Part shown: piece by piece, positions 1-8,785 of the stretch
Position numbering within the stretch: the stretch's first letter is position 1
Layout: each line of letters opens with the position of its first letter
Made by a program: the position numbers and the translations under genes
From: an uncultured virus (IMG/VR IMGVR_UViG_3300045923_000198)
Taxonomy: Duplodnaviria > Heunggongvirae > Uroviricota > Caudoviricetes
Strand: one strand, 5' to 3'
Virus record (IMG/VR): IMGVR_UViG_3300045923_000198
DNA: 64,000 nt
Notes under the pieces: generated by a model
Database searches by the model: none
Seen by the model: the letters and a program-made list of their open reading frames with translations, nothing else
What the model was told of the DNA's origin: nothing

Positions 1-732
1 TCAGTCCTTCGAGCTGGACGAGATGCTGAGGAGGCGCACGAAGATGTTGAACACGTCGAGGAACAGGTTGAGAGCGTCCCCGATGGCGTCGTCCCCGTTG
101 CTCTTCTTCAGGATCTGCTGCGTGTCGTAGACGATGTACCCGCAGAAGAGCAGGATGACCACGCTGTCCACGGCCAGGATGAACGGCCGCGAGCCGGTAA
201 AGATCGAGATGCAGGTCGCGATGAGGGTGACCCACAGGCCCGTCCAGAGCATCCCGGCCATCCAGGAGAAGTCCCTCTTGCTCGTCCAGGAGTAGGCGGT
301 CAGTCCGAGGAAGGCGCCGAGCGTGAGCAGGAACGAATCTCGGATCGGGTTCGCGCTCAAGGTTACGTGCTGCGCGGCCTTGTACTGCGCGTAGAAAAGC
401 GCCGGACCCGCGATGACGCCCATCACCCCGGTGAAGACGAAGTAGAACACGGCCGAGAGGCCGCGTACCTTGCGAAAGACCGTGGCGCAGATGACCAGGA
501 CGATGGACAGGATGAACGAGATCCAGAAGTGCTCCGTGGCCCACGCGACGATGGCGGGCGCCAGAACATCCGGGTGTCCGGTTTCCATGGTCACGTACGT
601 CAGGGTGCCGACGTTGAGCGAGAGCCATGCCGTGCCAGATGCGACGAGCAGCCCGACGACCAGCCAGAGGTAGACCTGGCGCACGTAGGTCATGTCGCGA
701 GAGTCGGAGAAGTCGAACGTTGTGGTCTTCAC
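1..732 (-). CDS. Bax inhibitor-1/YccA family membrane protein
   Basis: About 7 hydrophobic segments; C-terminal YIVYDTQQI...ALNLFLDVFNIF signature; GTG start overlaps upstream stop (GTGA). Confidence 0.9.
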   Translation of the reverse strand: MKTTTFDFSDSRDMTYVRQVYLWLVVGLLVASGTAWLSLNVGTLTYVTMETGHPDVLAPAIVAWATEHFWISFILSIVLVICATVFRKVRGLSAVFYFVFTGVMGVIAGPALFYAQYKAAQHVTLSANPIRDSFLLTLGAFLGLTAYSWTSKRDFSWMAGMLWTGLWVTLIATCISIFTGSRPFILAVDSVVILLFCGYIVYDTQQILKKSNGDDAIGDALNLFLDVFNIFVRLLSISSSSKD

Positions 733-1025
733 GATTGCCTCTTCTTGTAGCCTCGCACTTCGAGGTTCTGCTCGAACGAGGTCCAAAACGCATCCTTTTC
801 GTCTTGCGGCGTGCCGTTCAGGGGCCACGGCTTCCCGGTGATCTTGCGTCCGAGGAACTGCGCGATCGTCTCGCGGGCCACGGTGTCGAAGTCGATCGTG
901 ACCATGCTGCGGACATACGGGTCCGCAAGGATCTCGTCCACTTGCGCTGGAGTCAGGTCGATTCCGATATAGTCGGAAACGGTGTCCTGGACGTGTTGCC
1001 TGGCCTCGGAGCTGTTCGGATCCAC
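729..1025 (-). CDS. hypothetical protein
   Basis: 98 aa ORF; GGTGTA motif 10 nt upstream. Confidence 0.7.
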   Translation of the reverse strand: MDPNSSEARQHVQDTVSDYIGIDLTPAQVDEILADPYVRSMVTIDFDTVARETIAQFLGRKITGKPWPLNGTPQDEKDAFWTSFEQNLEVRGYKKRQS

Positions 1026-1034
1026 GACCTACTA

Positions 1035-1550
1035 CTACACCGCGGATCGGGCCTTGCGCACGTGGACGTACGGGCAATCGAGAATTCGCAGGGCTTCCTC
1101 GACGTTGGCCTTGGTCAGCCCGTATTGAGGGTTCACGTGGACGAACCTGTCGGTTAGGTGGGCCATCTCCGTGTCATCGTCAAGGATGACGAAAGATTCG
1201 ACCTCGTAGCGTGTGGTGTCGAGCCACGCCTGGATCTCGTGGCCGCGCTGGTCGCGGCGGTACGGTTTGATCTCCGGGGTCTTGTCGAGGATCTTACCCT
1301 TGTACCCGCGCCCGTTGAGGATGTCGCAGAGCTGCGTGCGCATCCGGCCGATGCGCCAAGCTGAGCTGACGACCGCGTAAGCGTTGCCTCTGGTCACGAG
1401 GTCGTTGAGGAGCACAACCGCGATCGGATCGATGTCGTCGCGCTCGTGGACGTACCCAGGCTGCGACGTGTTGTTCTGAAGCAGGTACTCCGTGTTGTTC
1501 AACACGCCGTCGAAGTCGAGGAAGACCACCCGAACCTTTGTCGGGCGCAT
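1035..1550 (-). CDS. HAD-superfamily protein (Swiss Army Knife RNA-repair-like HAD domain)
   Basis: FLDFDGVLN, VVSSAWR, RGHEIQAWL, FVILDD motifs. Confidence 0.85.
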   Translation of the reverse strand: MRPTKVRVVFLDFDGVLNNTEYLLQNNTSQPGYVHERDDIDPIAVVLLNDLVTRGNAYAVVSSAWRIGRMRTQLCDILNGRGYKGKILDKTPEIKPYRRDQRGHEIQAWLDTTRYEVESFVILDDDTEMAHLTDRFVHVNPQYGLTKANVEEALRILDCPYVHVRKARSAV

Positions 1551-1553
1551 CAC

Positions 1554-2408
1554 TCACCGATCCGGTTTGCTGGCCTGCCGAACATGCAGCTCCCCTACAC
1601 CGAGGACGTCGAGCCTCACGGGCAGGCCCATGAAGTCGCGCAGGAACCGAGACTCGTGGGACTCCAACATCCGGTTGACGCTCACGAGCAGGTACTTCTT
1701 GCCGGAGGGTAGCGACGCCGGCTGCACGTCCACGAACCATGCACAAGCCGAGTAGAGTCTCTTGAAGACCTCCGCGGCGCGAGCTTCTGGGCGTTCGAGG
1801 GCCGAGATCGCAGCCTTGGGTTGCTTCTGAATGACCGGCTTGGGCTCCGACTTCTTCGTCTCCTCTCCGAGGATTTCACGCTGCTCCTCGGGGGGTTTCT
1901 TCGTCCACTCGTCGATCAAGATGCAGCGGCCAACGGAGCCAGCGTGCGGGTTGGTCTGGATCGCTCGGATGCACGCTTCGCAGAAGCGCTGCTTGCGCTT
2001 GACGGAGAACTTCGTCGCGGTGGCGTTGTTACAGCCCTGGCATTCGAGGCCGTCATCACGAGCCCGCATCATCTCCATCTCGTGGAGCATCTCCGCCCGC
2101 TCTTCCTGGTAGGTGAGGAACTCGCCGTACTCCTCGGCAGCGGCCACGTTCTCCATGGCGCCCTCGGGCAGGACGGTCACGCAGATCCGCTCACGGGTGC
2201 GCCTGTCCCGCTTCACGACGAACAGGATCTTGCGGGTCTTGTCGTTGGCAACCCAAAGCTCTTGCCCGCCCCTGGTCCGGGTCTTCTCCGGCCGGGCGCC
2301 CTCTGACAGAATGAGCAGCTCTTCCCGTGCCTGCTTGGAGGTCAGGTGGGGTGCCCACCTCTCCCGGTAGCGCTCGATGGCATGGGGCATGATGCTGAGC
2401 CGGCTCAT
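1554..2408 (-). CDS. hypothetical protein (N-terminal HAIERYRER motif, CxxC...CxxC)
   Basis: ORF; ATG 10 nt after GGTGTA motif. Confidence 0.7.
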   Translation of the reverse strand: MSRLSIMPHAIERYRERWAPHLTSKQAREELLILSEGARPEKTRTRGGQELWVANDKTRKILFVVKRDRRTRERICVTVLPEGAMENVAAAEEYGEFLTYQEERAEMLHEMEMMRARDDGLECQGCNNATATKFSVKRKQRFCEACIRAIQTNPHAGSVGRCILIDEWTKKPPEEQREILGEETKKSEPKPVIQKQPKAAISALERPEARAAEVFKRLYSACAWFVDVQPASLPSGKKYLLVSVNRMLESHESRFLRDFMGLPVRLDVLGVGELHVRQASKPDR

Positions 2409-2488
2409 TGTCACCACCTACACCGGACGCACTGCGCTACCCCAAAAAACGTAGGGTTTCCGCTCTTCTACATGGGGGTCTTTTCGGG

Positions 2489-2516
2489 TTGATTCTGGCC
2501 GATCTCGGGTTGTAGT
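2489..2516 (+). promoter_or_regulatory. putative promoter TTGATT-N15-TTGTAGT (copy 1)
   Basis: Near-identical to 58761-58788 and same spacing as 51774-51801(-). Confidence 0.7.
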
Positions 2517-2524
2517 CCCCTCAG

Positions 2525-2890
2525 GTGATGACCATGAGCGAGCTGCAACTCTACTACGACAACTTCCGCGCTGGCTGGTGGGCTTCGGAGAACGAGGACG
2601 AGTGCGCCTGCCATGGTAAGGGTTGGGCTCTGTCGGAGGTGGACACGTGGCACAAGTGCCCCGTGCACTTCCACGGTCAGCCTTCCCCCGAGGACTGCGA
2701 CGGCTTCGAGTCGGCTGAGGAGTACGAGACCTACCGTGACATCTGCCTGGTCACGTGGGCCGTCGAGCACGGCCTGGCCGAGTACACCCCCGCGGAGACC
2801 TCTCGCCGCGCCGCTGAGCGTGCCGAGGCTCTCAGCTACCTGCCCCCGGTCGTGGCGACCGAGGGCGACGACGCCGACATCCCCTTCTGA
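2525..2890 (+). CDS. small Cys/His-rich acidic protein with SSB-like C-terminal DDADIPF
   Basis: CACHG...WHKCPVH; ends EGDDADIPF. Confidence 0.75.
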   Translation: MMTMSELQLYYDNFRAGWWASENEDECACHGKGWALSEVDTWHKCPVHFHGQPSPEDCDGFESAEEYETYRDICLVTWAVEHGLAEYTPAETSRRAAERAEALSYLPPVVATEGDDADIPF

Positions 2891-2896
2891 GGCCCC

Positions 2897-3115
2897 ATGG
2901 ATACCAAGGTCAGCATCGAAGAGACGATCGACGAAGCAGCGCTCGAAGCCGAGGATACCGCCAGGAAGTCCAAGTGGTTCTCCTCGCTGCCTACCCTGCC
3001 GCAGCGCCAGGACTCGCTCCTGGACCAGCTCCGCGACCTCCAGGCCGTCGCCAACCGGCTTGGCATGTACGACGCGGCCGACTTCCTCTCCACGACGTTG
3101 AGGAGGATCCCGTGA
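2897..3115 (+). CDS. hypothetical protein
   Basis: ORF coupled to neighbours. Confidence 0.65.
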   Translation: MDTKVSIEETIDEAALEAEDTARKSKWFSSLPTLPQRQDSLLDQLRDLQAVANRLGMYDAADFLSTTLRRIP

Positions 3116-3738
3116 CCGCCGAAGAAGACAAGGCCACATTCCCCGACTTCAAGACGAACGGGATGCCCAAGTTCCCCATGGTCGGGGAGGAGATCTACGT
3201 GCCCACGTGCACGGGGGTCAACTGCTACATCGTCGGCGGCCGCGCCAAGGTCAAGCAGATCCTTGGCCCGACCAAGATCGAACAAGGGGGACGCCCCTCG
3301 GCACGCAACTCGGTCAAGAACGCGAACATCGAGGTCGAGGAGCACCCTGGCCAGCTCTTCAAGTGGTCGGACCTCCGCGACACGCAGTACGCGCTCTGGA
3401 TGGAGTTCAAGTCGAACCGCACCCGGATGGCCACGATGGAGGAGGGCGAAGAGATCCGGCTGCGCGACCAGCGGCGAACGGAAGCGCTCAACGAGCTGCG
3501 GGTCGAGCGGGAAGAGGAATTCCGCGAACGGCCGTGGAGCGGTGACGGATCAGGTAAACCTTCTCCGCCCACACACAGCTTGAAAGTGCAAGAGGCCGGC
3601 AGCTCGTGGTGGGCGACCGTGGGCGCGGGGTGGCAGCGCACGGATGGGTCGTTTTACGTCAAGCTCAACCCCGGCACCGTGCTCTCTTGGAGGGACGACA
3701 TCAAGATCGGGCTGTTCCCACCGAAGCGCCGCTACTAG
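3112..3738 (+). CDS. hypothetical protein; C-terminal WWATVGAGWQRTDGSFYVKL module
   Basis: GTG start overlapping upstream TGA, AGGAGG SD. Confidence 0.7.
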   Translation: MTAEEDKATFPDFKTNGMPKFPMVGEEIYVPTCTGVNCYIVGGRAKVKQILGPTKIEQGGRPSARNSVKNANIEVEEHPGQLFKWSDLRDTQYALWMEFKSNRTRMATMEEGEEIRLRDQRRTEALNELRVEREEEFRERPWSGDGSGKPSPPTHSLKVQEAGSSWWATVGAGWQRTDGSFYVKLNPGTVLSWRDDIKIGLFPPKRRY

Positions 3739-3754
3739 AACCAAAGGACCGATC

Positions 3755-4057
3755 GTGCCCCTCAAGATCAAGTCACTCTCCCCGAAGAGCCCCACCCACG
3801 AGTCACTGAAGGAGCACGCCGAGGCCATCGCGCACGCGCTCAATCTCACCGCCGAGCAGGGCGGGATCCTCTCGCACGAGATCCGCAACGCCATCACTCC
3901 GCTTGCGATGTTGTCGCCGGAAGACGACTACGAGGAGGTCTTGCGGGACGTGCAAATTGCCGTCCGGCGCATCATCGCCCTGTGCGACGTGTTCAATCCG
4001 CCCCTGACGGCAGGACAGTCACCCGCGAGACGGCCTTCAGGTGGACAGGGCGGTTGA
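3755..4057 (+). CDS. small protein with HisKA H-box-like motif
   Basis: LSHEIRNAITPL; AAGGA SD before GTG. Confidence 0.55.
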   Translation: MPLKIKSLSPKSPTHESLKEHAEAIAHALNLTAEQGGILSHEIRNAITPLAMLSPEDDYEEVLRDVQIAVRRIIALCDVFNPPLTAGQSPARRPSGGQGG

Positions 4058-4217
4058 GGGCCATCCCTTCCCGTGTGCTGCGGATGGGGAGAACGACCAG
4101 TTCATCCTGTAGAACCTGATCGACGACCGCCTCAGTGACCCAACTCGACGGCCCCATGTGGCTCGCATAGATGAGCTTCGAGCCGACCTTGATCGAAGTG
4201 CCGCGCCAGTCCTTCAT
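3993..4217 (-). CDS. hypothetical protein
   Basis: GGTGTA motif 10 nt upstream. Confidence 0.7.
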   Translation of the reverse strand: MKDWRGTSIKVGSKLIYASHMGPSSWVTEAVVDQVLQDELVVLPIRSTREGMALNRPVHLKAVSRVTVLPSGAD

Positions 4218-4227
4218 GGGGCGCCCC

Positions 4228-4241
4228 TACACCGTGGTGTA
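4228..4241. promoter_or_regulatory. back-to-back GGTGTA motifs for divergent genes
   Basis: TACACC-gt-GGTGTA, each 10 nt from a start codon (4217 -, 4252 +). Confidence 0.75.
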
Positions 4242-4251
4242 ACAGTAGGGG

Positions 4252-4668
4252 GTGAGCCTCAAAGAGAAGATCCGAAAGATCGCGGCCGAGAAGAACGGCC
4301 CGTCCATCTCGGTCCCCGTGCTGAACGATCCGACGAAGGCGCTCTCGCTGCCGGAGAGCTACCGCGACGAGCTGCTCCTGGCCTACAGCATCAAGCTCGA
4401 AGACCTCACGGGCGAGTCGCCCTTCCACATGGTCTTCGTGCGTGAGGGCGTCGCGTTCTGCATGCTGAGCAAGCACGATGGCGGTGGGATGCGCACGGTC
4501 ATCCACGGAGTGGACCTGCGACCGGGCGAGGACGCCAACATCTACATGGTGGGCTCCGAGGTCTACGAGATCTGGAAGGCGTTCGAGCCCGATCAGCTCA
4601 TGACCTACGAGCAGCTCACGAAGAACTACGACAAGCTCCCCCGTACGCTTCAGAAGCGCTTCAACTGA
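4252..4668 (+). CDS. hypothetical protein
   Basis: 138 aa ORF. Confidence 0.75.
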   Translation: MSLKEKIRKIAAEKNGPSISVPVLNDPTKALSLPESYRDELLLAYSIKLEDLTGESPFHMVFVREGVAFCMLSKHDGGGMRTVIHGVDLRPGEDANIYMVGSEVYEIWKAFEPDQLMTYEQLTKNYDKLPRTLQKRFN

Positions 4669-4670
4669 AC

Positions 4671-5189
4671 GTGGACACGACAGGCTTCAACGACGAGGAG
4701 CACGCGAACGTCCGAGAGATGTTCTCGTCAATCCTAGACCTGGTCTTGGGTTACAGCGACCGCCTAGACCTTCTCGTGCACTTCGTGGAAGAGCGACTGG
4801 ACGCGAGGGAGTGCAAGTTCGGCACGTTGATCCCGGTCCCCACTCTGACGTTCTCCTTCACGAAGGGGATCTCCACGCCCATCCCGGTGATCATGGTGCC
4901 GTTCGATTGGAACATGCAGGGCCTCCTTGCCGACATCCTGGATGCGATCCGCGTCTGTTCACAGATGACCGACTACTTCCACGGCGTGTTCATCGGACAG
5001 ACGGACCTCTCGGCTCTTCGTGCAGAGGCGTATCAAGCCGAGTGGGTCAAAACCACAGTGCACTTCGGCGCTGAAGCGAGAAACCCTCGTATGCTGGACC
5101 TGATCCAGAGATACCCAGAAGGTTTGGACTCGCCGCACATCAAGCACTTGGTCTACATCCTCAAACCGTACATTTCGCTGAATGACTGA
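4671..5189 (+). CDS. hypothetical protein
   Basis: 172 aa ORF abutting previous gene. Confidence 0.7.
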   Translation: MDTTGFNDEEHANVREMFSSILDLVLGYSDRLDLLVHFVEERLDARECKFGTLIPVPTLTFSFTKGISTPIPVIMVPFDWNMQGLLADILDAIRVCSQMTDYFHGVFIGQTDLSALRAEAYQAEWVKTTVHFGAEARNPRMLDLIQRYPEGLDSPHIKHLVYILKPYISLND

Positions 5190-5214
5190 CCCCAGCGGTG
5201 TAGGTACTGCCACG

Positions 5215-5514
5215 ATGGCAGACTTGAAACCTGGGAGATCGGATCGCCAGACGCTTTCGGCGCTTCTGCTCTCTGGCAAGCTGACCCCTTCCGAAGAGAA
5301 GGCGTTCCGGTCCATGTACAACTCGCTGGAGACCGGCCAGATACGACTCACCCCGCCACAACGCATGTGGGCCGACGAGGTCTACAAGAAGCTCAAGCTC
5401 GACACGGCGGAGCCCTCGCGCTTCAAGAAGCTGCCGGCTGGCGCGCCGATGCCAGAGCATCCGTACGACAAAATGAAGGCGAGTTTGCCTCTGAAGCCTC
5501 CGGGAAAGAAATGA
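5215..5514 (+). CDS. hypothetical protein
   Basis: ATG 12 nt after GGTGTA. Confidence 0.7.
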   Translation: MADLKPGRSDRQTLSALLLSGKLTPSEEKAFRSMYNSLETGQIRLTPPQRMWADEVYKKLKLDTAEPSRFKKLPAGAPMPEHPYDKMKASLPLKPPGKK

Positions 5515-5744
5515 GCACCGTGCGAACCGAAGAGGTGACGCTGGTCCTCATCCCGAAGCTCCAGCCGCAGCGCACGCAGCGCATGGAGTTGAAGTACAAG
5601 AGGGGCAAGTCAGAGCACCTCGCTCTCGTGTGTCAGACGGCCGAAGATGGCACTGGCTACGTGAGCACCACCAGCACACACTTGGGCAAAGACGACATCG
5701 AAGAGCTGATCGAAAGGCTCATCGAAGCAAGAGGAGAGATGTGA
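5511..5744 (+). CDS. hypothetical protein
   Basis: ATGA overlap with upstream gene. Confidence 0.6.
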   Translation: MSTVRTEEVTLVLIPKLQPQRTQRMELKYKRGKSEHLALVCQTAEDGTGYVSTTSTHLGKDDIEELIERLIEARGEM

Positions 5745-6004
5745 TGCCTGCGAATCGAGTCCATCCGCGTACGTTCACGAAGTGCGGGCACAAGGGCCTC
5801 GGGGCCTACTGTCATCGTTGCGCGGAGGGGGACCGACTCATCGCAATCGGCAAGGGCGAGGCCAAGCCCGCAGCGCCGGGCAAGAACCGCCGCGTCGAGT
5901 CCTTCAAGGGCTGGTCCAAGGACGCCTTTCTCAAGGAGGGCGCTCGCCTGAAAGCCCCTCGGGTGAGAGAGAACACGTTCACTCCCACCACCGAAGGCGG
6001 TTGA
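5744..6004 (+). CDS. small basic Cys-containing protein
   Basis: CGH...YCHRC; TGATG coupling. Confidence 0.6.
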   Translation: MPANRVHPRTFTKCGHKGLGAYCHRCAEGDRLIAIGKGEAKPAAPGKNRRVESFKGWSKDAFLKEGARLKAPRVRENTFTPTTEGG

Positions 6005-6035
6005 CGGCTGTCCTATTGCTCGGTACGCCGAGACG

Positions 6036-6449
6036 ATGCCAAGTGAGACGTTCGAATCCCGCCAGGAGATGGACAGGCGGGCCCAGTCCCTTCAAGAGCA
6101 AGGCGACCGTGTGCTTGTGGACGATGACCCCGACTCGGGTGTTCTCGGCTACAACGTGCTGGCCATCGCAGGTCGCGAGAGCACCAAGCTTCGGCACTAC
6201 TTGTTCGGGTTCGGGCTGACGCCCACCGTGCAGGTAGCCGAATCCGTCGAGGAGTTCCTCACCTGGATTCAGAGGCACGAGAAGCACTTCCGCATCCGGT
6301 CGAACGCTTCTCGCGAACGACAGATCGGCATCGTGTGCTTCTGTGAGGCTTTTCAGCGCCGGTCCCTGGTCTTCCGGCTCGCGGTAGAGAAAACCCGTCA
6401 GGCGCCCCCTGGGGCACTGGCAGAACTCGTCCGCCTCACGTCGGTCTAG
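6036..6449 (+). CDS. hypothetical protein
   Basis: 137 aa ORF. Confidence 0.65.
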   Translation: MPSETFESRQEMDRRAQSLQEQGDRVLVDDDPDSGVLGYNVLAIAGRESTKLRHYLFGFGLTPTVQVAESVEEFLTWIQRHEKHFRIRSNASRERQIGIVCFCEAFQRRSLVFRLAVEKTRQAPPGALAELVRLTSV

Positions 6450-6982
6450 TCGTCGTCATCCGTGGACATGAGCCGCTTCCAGGCGGTGTCCTTGGGCTCG
6501 GACCGTTTCCTGGTCTCGTTCGGGAGCGACTCCTGCGCCTCCGGATCGTAGTGCCTGTGCAGAAGCACGGTTCCCCCGAACTCGACGATCTCGCCCATCA
6601 AGAAGTGCTGGACGGCGCTCTCGTTGTACGGCCCCACGAACACGAACGAGTTGGGCGACGAGTGCTTGACCACGACAAGGATCATCCGCTTGTGCTTCAT
6701 GAGCACCGTGTCGAACATCGGCGCGATGTAGCAGAAGAACTCCTCGTTGCGCCGGCGATTTGGCGACAAGCGTGTCTGCCGCATGATCGAGCCGTGACCA
6801 GAGTCCCACTCGACTGCGGGGTCTTGCTTGTCCCGAAGGACAGGACGAGAGGAACTTCCGAGCCCAACCCGGATGACGAAAGGCTCCGTAGACTCCATCG
6901 GCCGCACGGTCGTGAGGACGATGGACTTCGGCAGCGTGTCGTAGTCGATGTGCGGGCCAGAGCCTACGAGGTGGATGATCAT
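6446..6982 (-). CDS. hypothetical protein with C-terminal TAWKRLMSTDDDD tag
   Basis: ATGA coupling; shared C-terminal motif. Confidence 0.75.
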   Translation of the reverse strand: MIIHLVGSGPHIDYDTLPKSIVLTTVRPMESTEPFVIRVGLGSSSRPVLRDKQDPAVEWDSGHGSIMRQTRLSPNRRRNEEFFCYIAPMFDTVLMKHKRMILVVVKHSSPNSFVFVGPYNESAVQHFLMGEIVEFGGTVLLHRHYDPEAQESLPNETRKRSEPKDTAWKRLMSTDDDD

Positions 6983-7215
6983 TCGTCGTCCCCGTCCATG
7001 GTTGGGGCGAGGTCCATTTGGCGGCGACGCTCCGCCTCGAAGAGAACGCCAAGGGCCTTCACTTCGGCCGTCGTCATCCACTCTGACTTGCACTTGGAGC
7101 AGGTGCGGATCGGGAAGGTCTCCGGGACCGTGCATAGGACCCCGCGGTACTTCCGCGTACGGCCGGCGACGCAGACCACGGTGATCTCACCGCCGCATTC
7201 TGCGCAGGACTTCAT
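6979..7215 (-). CDS. YgiT/MqsA-type zinc-finger protein
   Basis: MKSCAECGG...RTCSKCKSEWMT. Confidence 0.65.
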   Translation of the reverse strand: MKSCAECGGEITVVCVAGRTRKYRGVLCTVPETFPIRTCSKCKSEWMTTAEVKALGVLFEAERRRQMDLAPTMDGDDE

Positions 7216-7685
7216 CACGCCTCTGCGACCTGGCGCTGCGGCCGGCGGTTGATGTGCTCTAGCCACCACGTGAGCTTCTTCGTGTTGCGGTCCCAGAAGT
7301 ACCAGGTGCGCCGGGGTTTCATCGCGAAGAAGAGCGTCCAGGCGCGGTCCTTGAGCAAGTCCACCCTGTGGTAGTCCTCGCCCTTGATGAAGTTCAGCGA
7401 GAAGGGGAGCACGGGTCGGGTCACTACCCGCGAGCCGAACCGCCGCTCCTCGATGTAGCCGCCCGTCAGGATGAGCGAGACCGATGTCTCCCACGGGTGG
7501 CTGTGCAGCTCTGGTTCGGCGTCCCCGCTCACGAACAGGTGGAGGAACAGGTTGTACGGGCGGTCCTCCCGACCGAGGAGGTAGTACCGGACGAGATACG
7601 GCTCACCGTCAGGTCGAGGAATGACCTTCTTGGGGAACCTCGCCGCCACCCTCTCGCAGATCGCTTCGATCAACCGCCCGATCAT
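7215..7685 (-). CDS. cupin-like phage protein
   Basis: LHLF...LHSHPW...SLILTGGYIEE...YHRVDL...WTLFF. Confidence 0.75.
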   Translation of the reverse strand: MIGRLIEAICERVAARFPKKVIPRPDGEPYLVRYYLLGREDRPYNLFLHLFVSGDAEPELHSHPWETSVSLILTGGYIEERRFGSRVVTRPVLPFSLNFIKGEDYHRVDLLKDRAWTLFFAMKPRRTWYFWDRNTKKLTWWLEHINRRPQRQVAEA

Positions 7686-7878
7686 GCCCGTCATCTACAC
7701 CGGACACGCACGCATCACAGACCACCATGCCGGAAAGTCCTAGCCCGACCGCTTCGACCTCGATCGCGATGGCCGTTCCGTCCGTGAAGAAGAACCGCCA
7801 GACGTTGACGGCGCGGGTGTCGATGCGCTTGATGGTCTTGCCGACGAAGTCTCGCGGCTTGGGGTTACGATGTGACAT
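7609..7878 (-). CDS. hypothetical protein
   Basis: AAGGAG SD; 3' end overlaps next gene. Confidence 0.55.
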   Translation of the reverse strand: MSHRNPKPRDFVGKTIKRIDTRAVNVWRFFFTDGTAIAIEVEAVGLGLSGMVVCDACVSGVDDGHDRAVDRSDLREGGGEVPQEGHSST

Positions 7879-7887
7879 GGGGCTCCT

Positions 7888-8730
7888 TCATGGCGTCCGG
7901 GGTTCGACCTTCGTAGCCCACCACTGGTAGGCTGCGTTCGCCCACGCATCGAGCGCTTCAGGTACGTCATCGAGGCCGGGGTAGGCGTTGACTTCCAGAA
8001 GGTGCGCTGTGTCCCCGTGCATGAGGAAGTCCACGCCAGCGATCTGGAGGTCGAGCCTTTGCAGAAGCGCGCTGGTCCGCTCGATGAGGTCGGGTGTGAA
8101 GTCGTTGGCGAGCTTCAGCACCTTCGTCGTCCGGACGTTCTTGCGCCAGTCCTCGCTCTCGTAGCGAAGGTGGTAGAAGTGCCCGCCGATGATGAGGATG
8201 CGTTCGCTGCGACCCTCGAAGAAGGGCTCCACGATCCCCTCGAAGGTTCCCCGCAGCACGTCCCCGTTGCCCCCTTCGCGGAAGTCCAGAAGAGAGACGC
8301 CTTCTCCGCAATGCACGGCGCCTTCCTTGACGACCACGCGGTCCTTCAGGCCGAAGTCCTCGCCCTTGGGAATGAAACCCCGCCGAACCACGTCCAGCTT
8401 GCGCGGGCGGTCGGCGGCCATCGCCATCGCCAGCGACACCGCACGGTCATCGTGGGGCAGCGTACGGCGAACATCGGGGAACGTCGGGGTGTCCGACAAC
8501 GCGAGAGCCCGGCGTGCGGCGGGCACGTGATCGTTGAAGTAGTAACCGTGGTAGATGATACCATCCGGCTTGAGCCAGTGGTTCATGATCCGGGCGCTCT
8601 CCACGTATGTCTGGCCCCCGTGCGAGAGGATGCGTGGAACGTTGGGGTAGACGGTGAAGTTCGCGTCGATCCTGCCCCGAAGACGTTCGAGCAGGGGGTC
8701 CTCGATCCCGATCACGATGAGCTGGCGCAT
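7888..8730 (-). CDS. ATP-grasp (RimK-like) protein
   Basis: VVVKEG..HCGEG, WRKNV, IAGVDFL...LLEVNAYPGL. Confidence 0.8.
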   Translation of the reverse strand: MRQLIVIGIEDPLLERLRGRIDANFTVYPNVPRILSHGGQTYVESARIMNHWLKPDGIIYHGYYFNDHVPAARRALALSDTPTFPDVRRTLPHDDRAVSLAMAMAADRPRKLDVVRRGFIPKGEDFGLKDRVVVKEGAVHCGEGVSLLDFREGGNGDVLRGTFEGIVEPFFEGRSERILIIGGHFYHLRYESEDWRKNVRTTKVLKLANDFTPDLIERTSALLQRLDLQIAGVDFLMHGDTAHLLEVNAYPGLDDVPEALDAWANAAYQWWATKVEPRTP

Positions 8731-8785
8731 TGTACCTAACTAGTACACCGACTCGGTGTACTAGAACAAGAGGAGACCAACCCCC

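Noticed and set aside
7640..7660. ERVAARF in the cupin-like protein as a member of the RVxxR[FY] set
   Set aside because: The gene uses the GGTGTA motif rather than the 14-nt motif; it may be chance, so it was not counted.
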